Shown here one piece after another: positions 42,096 to 52,411 of a DNA stretch of 64,000 nt. The stretch lies in the IMG/VR virus record IMGVR_UViG_3300032287_002972, positions 32,001 to 96,000 of that record; one strand, 5' to 3'. Position numbers and translations under genes: made by a program. Position 1 is the first letter of the stretch. The number at the start of each line of letters is the position of its first letter. This DNA is from a virus. The notes below the pieces were generated by a model. That model did not search any database. It had not been told where the DNA came from and saw only the letters and a list, made by a program, of their open reading frames with translations.

Positions 42096-42899
42096 ATGAT
42101 ACTTAAAATCGGTTCAAAAGGGGAAGAAGTAAAAAAACTTCAATTAAAATTATCTTTAAATCCTGATGGTAACTTTGGTCCCGCGACTGAAACTGCCGTA
42201 AAAAAATGGCAATCAGAAAATGGATTTACATCAAATGGTATTATAACTCAAGTTATGTGGGAAAAAATGTTTAGTGTTATCTCTGAACAAAAAACTTCAT
42301 TAGATTTAGATAAATTAAAAGGACATATACCCATTTCTGTTTTAAAACAAATTCCTGATACAATAAAAAATTTTGGTTTAAATACACCATTACGACTTGC
42401 ACATTTTTTAGCACAATGCGCGCATGAAAGTGGTGGTTTTAATGCTGTTCAAGAAAATTTAAATTATAGTGCAGATGGTCTTATGGATATATTTAAAAGA
42501 TATTTTCCAACAAAACAACTAGCAGAACAGTACCAAAGAAAACCTGTTTTAATTGCATCGAAAGTTTATGGTAATAGAATGGGTAATGGTAATGAATCAA
42601 CAAAAGAAGGGTATAAATTTAGAGGGAGAGGATATATCCAATTAACAGGAAAAGAAAATTATACTGCGTTTGGTAATGTAATAAATGAAGATATTGTTAA
42701 TAACCCTGATAAAGTTGCAACACATTATCCTTTATTGTCTGCTGCATGGTTTTTCACAAAAAATGGTTTACATAAAATAGCAGATAGAGGTGCAACAATA
42801 CAAAACATTACATTAATATCTAAAAGAGTTAATGGGGGTACGATAGGTTTAGAAGATAGAATAAAATACTTTAATAAGTTTTATGGTTTATTAAAATAA
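42096..42899 (+). CDS. endolysin, GH19 with an N-terminal peptidoglycan-binding domain
   Basis: GSKGEEVKKLQ...DGNFGPAT; HFLAQCAHESGGF, FRGRGYIQLTG, VNGG. Confidence 0.93.
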   Translation: MILKIGSKGEEVKKLQLKLSLNPDGNFGPATETAVKKWQSENGFTSNGIITQVMWEKMFSVISEQKTSLDLDKLKGHIPISVLKQIPDTIKNFGLNTPLRLAHFLAQCAHESGGFNAVQENLNYSADGLMDIFKRYFPTKQLAEQYQRKPVLIASKVYGNRMGNGNESTKEGYKFRGRGYIQLTGKENYTAFGNVINEDIVNNPDKVATHYPLLSAAWFFTKNGLHKIADRGATIQNITLISKRVNGGTIGLEDRIKYFNKFYGLLK

Positions 42900-42909
42900 A
42901 AAAAGGAGG

Positions 42910-44547
42910 TTAATACCTCCTTTTAAATTCATTAATATCTGTTTCTGGTTTATTTTTAAGTGTTTTTACATCTGGTTTTGGTTCGTTTCCGTCTTCATAC
43001 ATATTTGGATTATCAGATAATAACTTTAAAAAACCATTTCTTGACATAAAATATGTTTTTTTTGGGTTTCTTTCGATTGCATCATATATTCCATAAAATG
43101 TCCCTTCGTTAATAATTTTATTTATAGTATACTCTTCAACAATATACGTTTTTTTAACATCATTTTCGGTATGGAAATATCTTCTAATTTCTCTACTATT
43201 ATAGATAGGTTCATAAACTATATTATCTTTTTCTAAAAATTCACCTTTTTGATAATCAAAAATCCCATATAGGTCTCTTGATCTACTTTTTATTATTTTT
43301 ATTAATGGATTTTTTATACTTAGTTTACTTACTTCGTATTTTTCCCCTAATAACCTATTCATAATTGCTGTGACACCTTCATTAAAACCTAATTGTGTTA
43401 ATTTAGTATCTAAAAGTTTAAATTGAGGTTTATCCTTACGTATTTCTGATAAAAAATCGAAATTACTAAATTTATCATATACATTATCTCTTGTTGTGAC
43501 ATTAATGTACGCATTTTTTAGTGTAGTATCTAATGATAACCAAGATTCTGGTTTAGTAAGAACATTTCCAAGGTCAATATATGATTTTTTATGTTTTCTT
43601 GACTGTCTTTTAAAATCAAAACGACTTGAACTATTTTCCACCATTTGACCTACTATAGTTTTTACTTCAACTTCCTCTTCTGAGTACTCTCTTTGAACAA
43701 TTAAATCTTTATGTTCAGTTAATTTTGGATAAATTTTACTGATTTCTTCCCACGTAAATGGTGTGTCATTATCATTTTTAACAGATGTTAAACGATAATT
43801 TTTATCAGTATCTTTAGCACTTTGTAATGCACCTAAATAATATTTATTTTTTTCTGGATCTTTTTCTATTTCCGGATTTTTTGATTCATCAATAACGAAA
43901 TAAAAAGTACGATCAGGTCTATATCGTCCCCACATATTGGTTCTATCTCCAGTCCATGTAACACACCATGAATGAGACCCACCTAAATCTTTACCTACTT
44001 TATGAGAATAATAACCAAATCTAATTGAAGTTGCCTGATTAGGTATATCGTAAACTCTAAAATCTCCATCATCAATTATTAAATATTTTTCACCAAACCA
44101 TAATTTTTTTGATGCGTTAACTATCTCATCATTTAGTGTATTTTTTTTTGTTGATATATTATCTTCATCTGGAACATCTAAATCAACATCAGAATATTGT
44201 TCAAGTAAAAAAGTTATTTGATCGTAATCATACTTTTTAATGTCTTTTAAATCATTTTGGTTAAATAATTTATGCCCATGATTACCGTCATATCTATTTA
44301 AAAAAGAAAATACTTGAGGTTGGTTAGCAGCTAAATTACCTTTTACATTATTAAAATCGGTAATGATTTTATCGATGACATTATTTCTTTCTTCGTCAGT
44401 TAAATTAAGAGTTTCATTTTTCCATTTTTCAGATAAAGTTTTAACTAATGCTTTATTTTTTATCTCTTCGGATAATAGATTTCTGATATTAATTTTTTTA
44501 ATCAATTCTTTTAATTGACTTTCATTAATTACAATTTTATTACTCAC
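42910..44547 (-). CDS. hypothetical protein (INESQL leader, PcfJ/GNAT-like WC core)
   Basis: IVINESQLKELI; SWCVT...YRPDRTFYFVID. Confidence 0.5.
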   Translation of the reverse strand: MSNKIVINESQLKELIKKINIRNLLSEEIKNKALVKTLSEKWKNETLNLTDEERNNVIDKIITDFNNVKGNLAANQPQVFSFLNRYDGNHGHKLFNQNDLKDIKKYDYDQITFLLEQYSDVDLDVPDEDNISTKKNTLNDEIVNASKKLWFGEKYLIIDDGDFRVYDIPNQATSIRFGYYSHKVGKDLGGSHSWCVTWTGDRTNMWGRYRPDRTFYFVIDESKNPEIEKDPEKNKYYLGALQSAKDTDKNYRLTSVKNDNDTPFTWEEISKIYPKLTEHKDLIVQREYSEEEVEVKTIVGQMVENSSSRFDFKRQSRKHKKSYIDLGNVLTKPESWLSLDTTLKNAYINVTTRDNVYDKFSNFDFLSEIRKDKPQFKLLDTKLTQLGFNEGVTAIMNRLLGEKYEVSKLSIKNPLIKIIKSRSRDLYGIFDYQKGEFLEKDNIVYEPIYNSREIRRYFHTENDVKKTYIVEEYTINKIINEGTFYGIYDAIERNPKKTYFMSRNGFLKLLSDNPNMYEDGNEPKPDVKTLKNKPETDINEFKRRY

Positions 44548-44589
44548 TTTTCTTTTATTTTATAAATATTTTATTTTTATTCAAAGTTA

Positions 44590-44994
44590 ATGATTTTAAT
44601 CAATACTTATAAATATCCAAAAATTACATTTATGGTCTCATTATTATTGATAATAAAAAATAATCAGTTTCTTTTATTTAAAAGACCGAGTGGTCAATAT
44701 GGTTTATGTGGTGGTCATTCAGAAAATAACGAAACACCTGTTGAAACATTAGTTAGAGAGGTTAAAGAAGAAATTGGTATGGATATTTATAATTTTAAAT
44801 CTCTTAAAAGATATGAAATAGATAAAATCATCAATGTGTTTTATATTGTTGACGATAGATTTAATGAACAAAATATAAAATTAAATGACGAACATACAGA
44901 ATGGAGATACTTTACATATTATGAAATATTGAATAATAGAGATATTATGTCTACAACAAAAGATTTTGTAAATATGTTTTTAAAAACATTATAA
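44590..44994 (+). CDS. NUDIX hydrolase (start may be 44632)
   Basis: Nudix box GGHSENNETPVETLVREVKEEIG. Confidence 0.9.
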   Translation: MILINTYKYPKITFMVSLLLIIKNNQFLLFKRPSGQYGLCGGHSENNETPVETLVREVKEEIGMDIYNFKSLKRYEIDKIINVFYIVDDRFNEQNIKLNDEHTEWRYFTYYEILNNRDIMSTTKDFVNMFLKTL

Positions 44995-45014
44995 TATTTA
45001 TAAATAAAAAGACT

Positions 45015-45425
45015 ATGGTAAATTATAAAATTGAAGTTATCGAAGGAATCGATACTGTTACCACTGAAAAATTAAAAAATATAGGTATTATCACGTTTGA
45101 ATTATTGTTAGAAAATACAAAGACAAAAAATCAAAGGAAAGAATTGTCCGAAAAAACCGAAATTGACGAAAGTTTAATTTTAAGATTTTCTAATATGGTC
45201 GATTTATCTAGAATATGTGGTATTGGTGAAAAATATTCAGAACTTTTGGAATTATCTGGTGTTGACACTATTGTTGAACTATCTCAAAGAGATCCTGATA
45301 ACTTATTTATTAAAATATCAGAAGTTAACGAGGAAAAAGATTTAACTCGAAAACTTCCGACATTATCACAAGTAGAAAAATGGATTTCAGATGCAAAGGT
45401 GTTACCAAGAATGTTAGAATATTAA
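45015..45425 (+). CDS. DUF4332-like helix-hairpin-helix protein
   Basis: IEGID...DLSRICGIGEKYSELLELSGVDT...QVEKWI. Confidence 0.8.
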   Translation: MVNYKIEVIEGIDTVTTEKLKNIGIITFELLLENTKTKNQRKELSEKTEIDESLILRFSNMVDLSRICGIGEKYSELLELSGVDTIVELSQRDPDNLFIKISEVNEEKDLTRKLPTLSQVEKWISDAKVLPRMLEY

Positions 45426-45967
45426 ATTTCTTCATCTTGTTGTACTTCCTGATGTTGTTGTTCAAGTCTTTTAACCATACCTTTTGTTAGTGAATTATAT
45501 ATTTCTTCACCAAACCTTTCCATGATATCATTTTCTTCTCTTAAATCAATAAATTCACCACCTGCTAAAAATCCAAGGACAGTTCCTAAATTGATTGTTT
45601 TCCATGATTGTTGGGTAGCCTTTGATTTTGCACTATCTCTTTCAGCGACTCTAACTCGTAAAGTTTTAAGTGTTTTACGATATAATATCAAATCAATTAC
45701 TCTTACAACATTATTATTTTGTTGTAAATTCATTTGCGCATCTGTTTTAGGTCTTTCACTTGGTACATAAGATTTAAGATGACTTTTAAATGTCAGATGA
45801 CGAACTTCTCCATTTTTTAAAACGTACGCAACACTTACTATTTGATTTCTATCTATTGCGTTTCTCAATTTATCTAATGACCTATACATGTCATATGTGA
45901 ATGGTGATTCTTTTAAGTTGTTTTTTATTAACTTTTTTAATTGTGATTCTGTAATTATAATTTTCAT
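45422..45967 (-). CDS. ITESQL-leader protein with an SH3/WYL-like barrel
   Basis: IVSVAYVLKNGEVRH...VIDL...WKTINL. Confidence 0.5.
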   Translation of the reverse strand: MKIIITESQLKKLIKNNLKESPFTYDMYRSLDKLRNAIDRNQIVSVAYVLKNGEVRHLTFKSHLKSYVPSERPKTDAQMNLQQNNNVVRVIDLILYRKTLKTLRVRVAERDSAKSKATQQSWKTINLGTVLGFLAGGEFIDLREENDIMERFGEEIYNSLTKGMVKRLEQQHQEVQQDEEI

Positions 45968-46902
45968 TTTATTATTTGTTTTATTCTATTTATTTCATTT
46001 AACGTTTTTTGGTAGTTGTCTGGTATTTTTTTTACACCGAAATCATTAAATATTATTACTCTATTTATTAATTCATAATCAATACCCTGTTGTAATAATG
46101 TTTTCTTTAATGATTCTCTATTCTGTGAAAATTTAAATAGAAATACAATATCTTGATATTCTAATTTTTCACCTTTTGATTTAATAATTTTTATTGCTAT
46201 ATTATTTGTTTCTTTTGAAGAAGCGAGTAATAGATATATACCCCAATTATTTAATTCAATACCTTGTGTTTCAATAATTTTTGTTGCAATTTCATCTTTA
46301 ATATAATCATCTTGTGAAATATTAAGTAAATTTTTAATATCCTCAGTATCTAATTTTTTACCTTTTACTTCGATAATTTTTTTTGCAATGTTATACTTAG
46401 TTTTTGTAGAATTAAGTATTATTTCTATGTCATATTTATCTAATTCTTCACGTTTTTTTTCTATATATTTTATTGTAATTTCATCTGAATAAGGAATTAA
46501 TTTATATGTATCATAATCAGTTAATCCATCACCTTTTGCGTTAATAATTTTAGATACAATATCATCTTTATTATCTGAATATTCAAGTAAAAACTCTATA
46601 TCATATTCACCCAATTCTTCATCTATTATATATATGACTTTTGATATATAATAATCTTTATTTTTTGAAAATTGGTACAGATATTCTAAATCATCACTAA
46701 GTAAACCTTCAGTACCATTTGTTTCTATAAATTTTATTTTTTCATCGTCACTTAACATTTTAAATTCCCATCTTTCATATCCTGCAACACCTCTCATTCT
46801 TTTATAAGATTTCTTTAATGATGGAGATAAACGATCATATTGTTTTTCCGGTATTCGTGATCCTGTATTTACATATCTATTTAATACTTCAGAATGTTTC
46901 AT
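45964..46902 (-). CDS. MKHSEVL helical-repeat family protein, copy 3
   Basis: shared termini and internal repeats. Confidence 0.85.
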   Translation of the reverse strand: MKHSEVLNRYVNTGSRIPEKQYDRLSPSLKKSYKRMRGVAGYERWEFKMLSDDEKIKFIETNGTEGLLSDDLEYLYQFSKNKDYYISKVIYIIDEELGEYDIEFLLEYSDNKDDIVSKIINAKGDGLTDYDTYKLIPYSDEITIKYIEKKREELDKYDIEIILNSTKTKYNIAKKIIEVKGKKLDTEDIKNLLNISQDDYIKDEIATKIIETQGIELNNWGIYLLLASSKETNNIAIKIIKSKGEKLEYQDIVFLFKFSQNRESLKKTLLQQGIDYELINRVIIFNDFGVKKIPDNYQKTLNEINRIKQIIK

Positions 46903-47786
46903 CTCATTATTTCTTTTATTCTCCTTATTTCATTTAACATTTCTTGATAATTATCTGGTATTAATGGTGTAAATTGGGTATTTATTTCATTTGAAATATC
47001 AGATATTACTTTATTTATTAATTTATAATCAACACCATTTTGTAATAATAATTTTTTTATTAATTCTTTTTTTTCTGGGTAAAAAGTAAACTGCATAGAA
47101 TTAAATAATGCAAATATATCATCACCATTTAATTCTTTACCTTTTGTATAAATAATTTTTTCGGACATTTCATAACGTTCATTAGATGATAAATATATAA
47201 TTAAATTTTCGATATCTAGACTATTTAATTGTATACCTTTTGTCTCAATAATTTTTCTTGCAATATCAGCTTTATTAACTGAAAACAACATCATAAGTTT
47301 TAATTTTTCACTATCTAATTTTTCACCAAATGTTTCAATAATTTTTATCGCAATATTATCTATATTAAAATATTTTTTAGTCATTAAACTTCTTACCTCA
47401 GAATCATCTAATTTTTCACCTTTTACTTCAATAATTTTTGTTGCGATATCATCTTTATTCTCTGAATAACCAAGTAAATTATATATGTTACCAAATACTA
47501 ATTTTTCACCAAATGTTTCAATAATTTTTGTTGCAATAAGATCTATATCATTTGAATATTTAAATAAATCTTGAATATCGTAATGACTTAATTTTACGCC
47601 TTTTATTTCAATATAGTTAATTCTTTGATTATCACTTATAAATTCATATTCCCAATCTTTAAAACCAGCAACACTTCTTATTCTAATATAAGACTTTTTT
47701 AATACTGGTGTTAAACGATCATATTGTTCTTTTGATAGGTGTTTTCCATTATTTACATACCTACTTAATACTTCTGAATGTTTCAT
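46899..47786 (-). CDS. MKHSEVL helical-repeat family protein, copy 4
   Basis: shared termini and internal repeats. Confidence 0.85.
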   Translation of the reverse strand: MKHSEVLSRYVNNGKHLSKEQYDRLTPVLKKSYIRIRSVAGFKDWEYEFISDNQRINYIEIKGVKLSHYDIQDLFKYSNDIDLIATKIIETFGEKLVFGNIYNLLGYSENKDDIATKIIEVKGEKLDDSEVRSLMTKKYFNIDNIAIKIIETFGEKLDSEKLKLMMLFSVNKADIARKIIETKGIQLNSLDIENLIIYLSSNERYEMSEKIIYTKGKELNGDDIFALFNSMQFTFYPEKKELIKKLLLQNGVDYKLINKVISDISNEINTQFTPLIPDNYQEMLNEIRRIKEIMR

Positions 47787-48739
47787 ATCATTATTTCTTT
47801 AATCCTTCTTATCTCATTTAACATTGATTGGTAATCATCTGGTATTAATGGAATATTTAAATGAAAATTTTTGTTATACCCATTTATAACATCATTTATT
47901 AATATATAATCAACATTATTTTGTAATAATGTTTTCTTTATTAATTCTTTATTTTCTGAACGTTTAAGTAAAATAAAGATTTCCTTTACATCTAATTTTT
48001 GACCTTTTGTTTCTATAATTTTTATTGCAATCTTATCTTTATCCTTTGATTCATTAATTAGGGTTCTTACATCCCTTATATCTAATTTATCACCTTTTGT
48101 TTCAATAATTTTTATTGTAATGTTATCATTTACGTTATCTGAAAAATTAAGTAAACTTTCTATGTCACTAGAGATTAATTTTTCACCTTTTGTTTCAATA
48201 ATTTTTATTGAAATATGGTCATTTACGTTTTCAAAATCTTTTAATATGTATTCTATACTAATGTAATCTAATTTATCACCTTTTGTTTCAATAATTTTTG
48301 TTGCAATATCATCTTTATTAACTGAATATTTTAATAGTAATACTATAATGTAATTATTTAAAGAATCACTTTTTGTTTGAATAATTTTTGTTATAATACC
48401 ATCTTTATTCGTTGAATGATTAATTAAACTATTAATAATTAAATTATTTAAATTATCACCCATCCCGTCAATAATTCTCATTATAATATTATTTTTATTA
48501 TCTGAATATTTAATTAAATTATCAATAAAATAACTGTTTAAATAGATACCTTCTCTCTCAATATAATTAATTCTTTGATTATCATTTATATATTTTAATT
48601 CCCAATGAGAATAATCACCCACAACAGATCTGATTCTAATATAAGATTTCTTTAATGATGGAGATAAACTATCATATTGTTTTTCTGTTATTTCTACGCC
48701 AGTATTTACATATCTACTTAATACTTCTGAATGTTTCAT
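47783..48739 (-). CDS. MKHSEVL helical-repeat family protein, copy 5
   Basis: shared termini and internal repeats. Confidence 0.85.
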   Translation of the reverse strand: MKHSEVLSRYVNTGVEITEKQYDSLSPSLKKSYIRIRSVVGDYSHWELKYINDNQRINYIEREGIYLNSYFIDNLIKYSDNKNNIIMRIIDGMGDNLNNLIINSLINHSTNKDGIITKIIQTKSDSLNNYIIVLLLKYSVNKDDIATKIIETKGDKLDYISIEYILKDFENVNDHISIKIIETKGEKLISSDIESLLNFSDNVNDNITIKIIETKGDKLDIRDVRTLINESKDKDKIAIKIIETKGQKLDVKEIFILLKRSENKELIKKTLLQNNVDYILINDVINGYNKNFHLNIPLIPDDYQSMLNEIRRIKEIMI

Positions 48740-49590
48740 ATCATTATTTGTTTTATTCTCCTTATTTCGTTTAACATTGATTGGTAATTATCTGGTATTA
48801 ATGAGATATCTAAATTATTACGTGTTATAACTTTGTTTATTAACATATAATCAACACCATTTTGTAATAATGTTTTCTTTATTAATTCTTTATCTTTTGA
48901 ATATAAAAGTAAATAATATATGTCATCACTATCCAAATTTTCACCTACTTTTTGAATAATTTTTACGGCGTCATTATCTTTATTTTTTGAATTTAAAAGT
49001 AAAATAGATATCATATCATAGTTTAATTTTATACCTTCTGTTTCAATAATTTTTGTTGATATGTCTTTATTATCTGAAAATTCAAATATTGTATTTATGT
49101 TACTTATTTCCAAGTATTTACCTTTTGCATGAATAATTTTTATTGCTATCTCATCTTTATTATCTGAATTTTTAAGTAGATATTTTATTTCACTATTTCT
49201 TAAATTTTCACCTAATGTTTCGATAATTTTTATTATAACATTATCTTTATTTTTTGAATCTTTAAATTGTGGTAATATTATTTCAAGTATGATATAATCA
49301 TCCAAATTTATACCGAATGTTTCAATAATTTTTGTTGCAATAATAACTTTATTTGGTGAATAGTCAAATATATCTATTATTTGATTATTTGTTAATTCCC
49401 AATTTTTTATTTCAATAAATTTAAGTTTTTCATCTTCACTTAACAGTTTAAATTCCCATTTTTTGTAACCTGAAATACCTCTCATTCTCATATAAGATTT
49501 TTTCAATGATGGTGATAAACGGTCATATTGGTTTTCTGGGATTAGTGAACCTGTATTTACATATCTATTTAATACTTCTGAATGTTTCAT
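48736..49590 (-). CDS. MKHSEVL helical-repeat family protein, copy 6
   Basis: shared termini and internal repeats. Confidence 0.85.
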   Translation of the reverse strand: MKHSEVLNRYVNTGSLIPENQYDRLSPSLKKSYMRMRGISGYKKWEFKLLSEDEKLKFIEIKNWELTNNQIIDIFDYSPNKVIIATKIIETFGINLDDYIILEIILPQFKDSKNKDNVIIKIIETLGENLRNSEIKYLLKNSDNKDEIAIKIIHAKGKYLEISNINTIFEFSDNKDISTKIIETEGIKLNYDMISILLLNSKNKDNDAVKIIQKVGENLDSDDIYYLLLYSKDKELIKKTLLQNGVDYMLINKVITRNNLDISLIPDNYQSMLNEIRRIKQIMI

Positions 49591-50375
49591 ATCATTATTT
49601 CTTTAATCCTTCTTATTTCTTGTAACATTGATTGGTAATTATCAGGTATTAATTCAATATGACTTACACCATCTTTTTCAAAATTATACTGGTTTATTAC
49701 TTTATTTATTAATTCATAATCAATACCTTTTTGTAATAATAATTTCTTTATTAATTCTTTATTTTCCGGATAAATAAATAAGTATTTTATGTTATGTTTA
49801 TTAAAATATTGTTTATCAATTAATTGAATAATTTTTATAGCCATATCATCTGCATTTTGTGAATGTCTAATAAAAAAAATTATTTTTTCTTCGTCCATAT
49901 CTACCATTTTTTTATTATTTTCAATAATTTTAGATATAAGATTTTCTTTATTAATTGAATTAGGAACATAATTAATTAGAGTACTAATCATATCATCATC
50001 TATCTCATCCAACGTTTCAATAATCCTTATTGAGATTTCATATTTATTATTTGAATTATTAAGTAATAAACTAGCTTCATTATAAGTTAAAGTCTTACCT
50101 TTTTTTTCAAATATTTTAGATATCATATCATCTTTATTATCTGAATATTGAAGTGTGTATTTTATTTCATAGAATTCTAAATCCTCACCTTTATTTTCGA
50201 TAAAATTAATTCTTTGATTATCATTTATTACTTGAAATTCCCAACTTTCATATCCTGCAACACCTCTCGTTCTAAGATAGGATTTTTTTAACACAGGTGT
50301 TAACCTGTCATATTGTTCTTTTGGTAATCGTTCTCCGGTATTTACATATCTACTTAATACTTCTGAATGTTTCAT
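49587..50375 (-). CDS. MKHSEVL helical-repeat family protein, copy 7
   Basis: shared termini and internal repeats. Confidence 0.85.
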   Translation of the reverse strand: MKHSEVLSRYVNTGERLPKEQYDRLTPVLKKSYLRTRGVAGYESWEFQVINDNQRINFIENKGEDLEFYEIKYTLQYSDNKDDMISKIFEKKGKTLTYNEASLLLNNSNNKYEISIRIIETLDEIDDDMISTLINYVPNSINKENLISKIIENNKKMVDMDEEKIIFFIRHSQNADDMAIKIIQLIDKQYFNKHNIKYLFIYPENKELIKKLLLQKGIDYELINKVINQYNFEKDGVSHIELIPDNYQSMLQEIRRIKEIMI

Positions 50376-50380
50376 ATATT

Positions 50381-50773
50381 TTAAAAATTTCTCCCCCCTG
50401 TTTTTGGGTTAGTTGGTGTTTTTTCTATTTTTGGTTTATTTTCTGTTGTTCTCGGACTAAAATTTACATTATTTGGAACATCATTAAAACTATTGTTATT
50501 TCTTATTGGATTATAAAATATATCATCATAATGATATAATGTATATGGTATTTCATCAATAAATCTATAACGATACGGAAACCTTCTTGATGTATAATAA
50601 AAATCATCATACATAGATTGATTAACATTATTTGTTGGTCTATAATTTGGTGTGTATTTTAATCGTTTAACCTTTTCATGTTTAACAGTATCGGTAACAA
50701 CATAATAGACATCATCTTGTGATTTTAATGTGGAAACAAAAAAAATTAGGAAAAGAAGAAAAATATTTCTCAT
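50381..50773 (-). CDS. secreted hypothetical protein
   Basis: signal peptide, then SQDDVYY; Tyr-rich. Confidence 0.6.
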   Translation of the reverse strand: MRNIFLLFLIFFVSTLKSQDDVYYVVTDTVKHEKVKRLKYTPNYRPTNNVNQSMYDDFYYTSRRFPYRYRFIDEIPYTLYHYDDIFYNPIRNNNSFNDVPNNVNFSPRTTENKPKIEKTPTNPKTGGRNF

Positions 50774-50828
50774 GGTTTAAACATTTATTATAAATATTTG
50801 TTATTAAGTATTTATCATATAAACCCCA

Positions 50829-51404
50829 ATGAAAAGAACGGTTATTATTAATGAACAACAATTTACAAAACTAATTAAAAAAATTTTAAACGAACAAAAT
50901 AATATGGATAATAACACATTTCCGAAAAATCACAAAGAATTGATTAACATGATGCCTGATTCATTAAAAATTCTTTTTTATACTCAATGGCAAGCAAAAC
51001 AAAACCCGAAGTGGCACATGGAAGGTAATACGTTAAAACATATTATTATTGTTTTAAAAAGAGCGTTTGAACGTTATCCAAACAATCCTGACATCATTCT
51101 TGCGGCGTTATTTCATGACTTGGGAAAGTTAGACACTTACGCAATAAATCCAAAAACAGGACAACCAACGGCATACGGTCACGAAGTTAAATCAGGTGAA
51201 TATTTGGAAAAATATAAAGATTGGGTTAATTCTTTTGATGGAGTAAATTTTGATAAAATCAAATATTTGGTATTAAACCATATGGTTATTAAACCATCAA
51301 CATGGGATAATATGAGGCAACAAAAAAAGGACCCTATTGAACAGAATCCTTCTTTTGAAGATTTAAAAAATTTTACCAACCATTTAGATGGTGGTGGTTA
51401 TTAA
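50829..51404 (+). CDS. HD-domain phosphohydrolase with an INE-type leader
   Basis: WHMEGNTLKH, AALFHDLGK, GHE, NHM. Confidence 0.85.
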   Translation: MKRTVIINEQQFTKLIKKILNEQNNMDNNTFPKNHKELINMMPDSLKILFYTQWQAKQNPKWHMEGNTLKHIIIVLKRAFERYPNNPDIILAALFHDLGKLDTYAINPKTGQPTAYGHEVKSGEYLEKYKDWVNSFDGVNFDKIKYLVLNHMVIKPSTWDNMRQQKKDPIEQNPSFEDLKNFTNHLDGGGY

Positions 51405-51408
51405 TATG

Positions 51409-51612
51409 TTATTTCATAACATTTAATTCGGTACCATGTTTTTTTATGATTGCGTCTCTCGCAATATCATACACAACATTTTTACCTCTTTGACTTGCTG
51501 GTAATTCAACCCATTCTGAACTTTCACGTTTTTTCGTGAAAATATTACCATTTTCATTGGCATACTCGAAAGATTCTTCTTTCGATTCATTTACTAATTC
51601 AAATAATTTCAT
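51409..51612 (-). CDS. small protein with an MKLxxLxE-type leader
   Basis: MKLFELVNES. Confidence 0.55.
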   Translation of the reverse strand: MKLFELVNESKEESFEYANENGNIFTKKRESSEWVELPASQRGKNVVYDIARDAIIKKHGTELNVMK

Positions 51613-51632
51613 ATTGTTTCAATATTTGTTAA

Positions 51633-51938
51633 TTAAAATCCTGTATGATAATCATCATGGCTTTTATAGTCGGGATATCTATCTCCTGGATCATAAGGTT
51701 CTTCATCATCATCATCAAATTTATGACCAATATTATTATCATTATCAAATTCAGGATTTTCATCATCCGAACTAAAACCAAAAAATTTTTTAAAATCATT
51801 TTCCTCTGAATCATCTGGTTCATCCATAATTGGATCATCATAATTTTTTTGTTCGGTTAATGATTTTTTTGTGTTTCTATTCAAAAAAGAAATATTTGCC
51901 TCTTGAATATTTTTTAATTTTGCAAGTCTTTTATTCAT
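51633..51938 (-). CDS. small acidic protein
   Basis: basic N-terminus to SLTE, then Asp-rich. Confidence 0.6.
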   Translation of the reverse strand: MNKRLAKLKNIQEANISFLNRNTKKSLTEQKNYDDPIMDEPDDSEENDFKKFFGFSSDDENPEFDNDNNIGHKFDDDDEEPYDPGDRYPDYKSHDDYHTGF

Positions 51939-51964
51939 ATTTTTAATTTTATTTAATAAATATC

Positions 51965-52411
51965 TTATGATATATTTTCAAAATATAGTGGTTTTCTTGA
52001 AACCACAATTGTTGCCCCTATTTCATTCACATCATCAAGTAGTATTTCACTACCATCACCATATACTTTATATAAATAATCACCATACTTATATTTTGAT
52101 GACTGAAAAGATGATGACATTAATGGTTCATCTGATACAAAGGTAAAACCGAATCCCTCACTCTCAAACACCTCGTTCATCCCATCAATGTTTTCATCTT
52201 CAAGATTCTCATCATAATCAGATATAATGTCCATATAGGCATTTCTAATAACATCAGAATAATCTGATGAATCTAAAATATCCCCTTTATAATAACCATT
52301 TGACATGTCATTCCTTGATGAGTGATAACCTAAAAAGTTTTTATTATCTACATTCTCAATTATAACACCCATTATTTGTTTAATTCTATTAATATTTTCT
52401 TGTAGTTTCAT
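51965..52411 (-). CDS. ADP-ribosyltransferase-like protein (ENINRIKQIM leader)
   Basis: GYHSS...GFTFVSDE...YGDYLYKV. Confidence 0.45.
   Translation of the reverse strand: MKLQENINRIKQIMGVIIENVDNKNFLGYHSSRNDMSNGYYKGDILDSSDYSDVIRNAYMDIISDYDENLEDENIDGMNEVFESEGFGFTFVSDEPLMSSSFQSSKYKYGDYLYKVYGDGSEILLDDVNEIGATIVVSRKPLYFENIS

Noticed and set aside
42900-42925. Perfect SD/anti-SD pair aaaaggaggt...acctcctttt
   Set aside because: Explained as a bidirectional terminator hairpin between convergent genes.
45964-50375. Diversity-generating retroelement acting on the MKHSEVL paralogs
   Set aside because: No reverse transcriptase or non-coding template repeat in the window; differences include indels and repeat-number changes.
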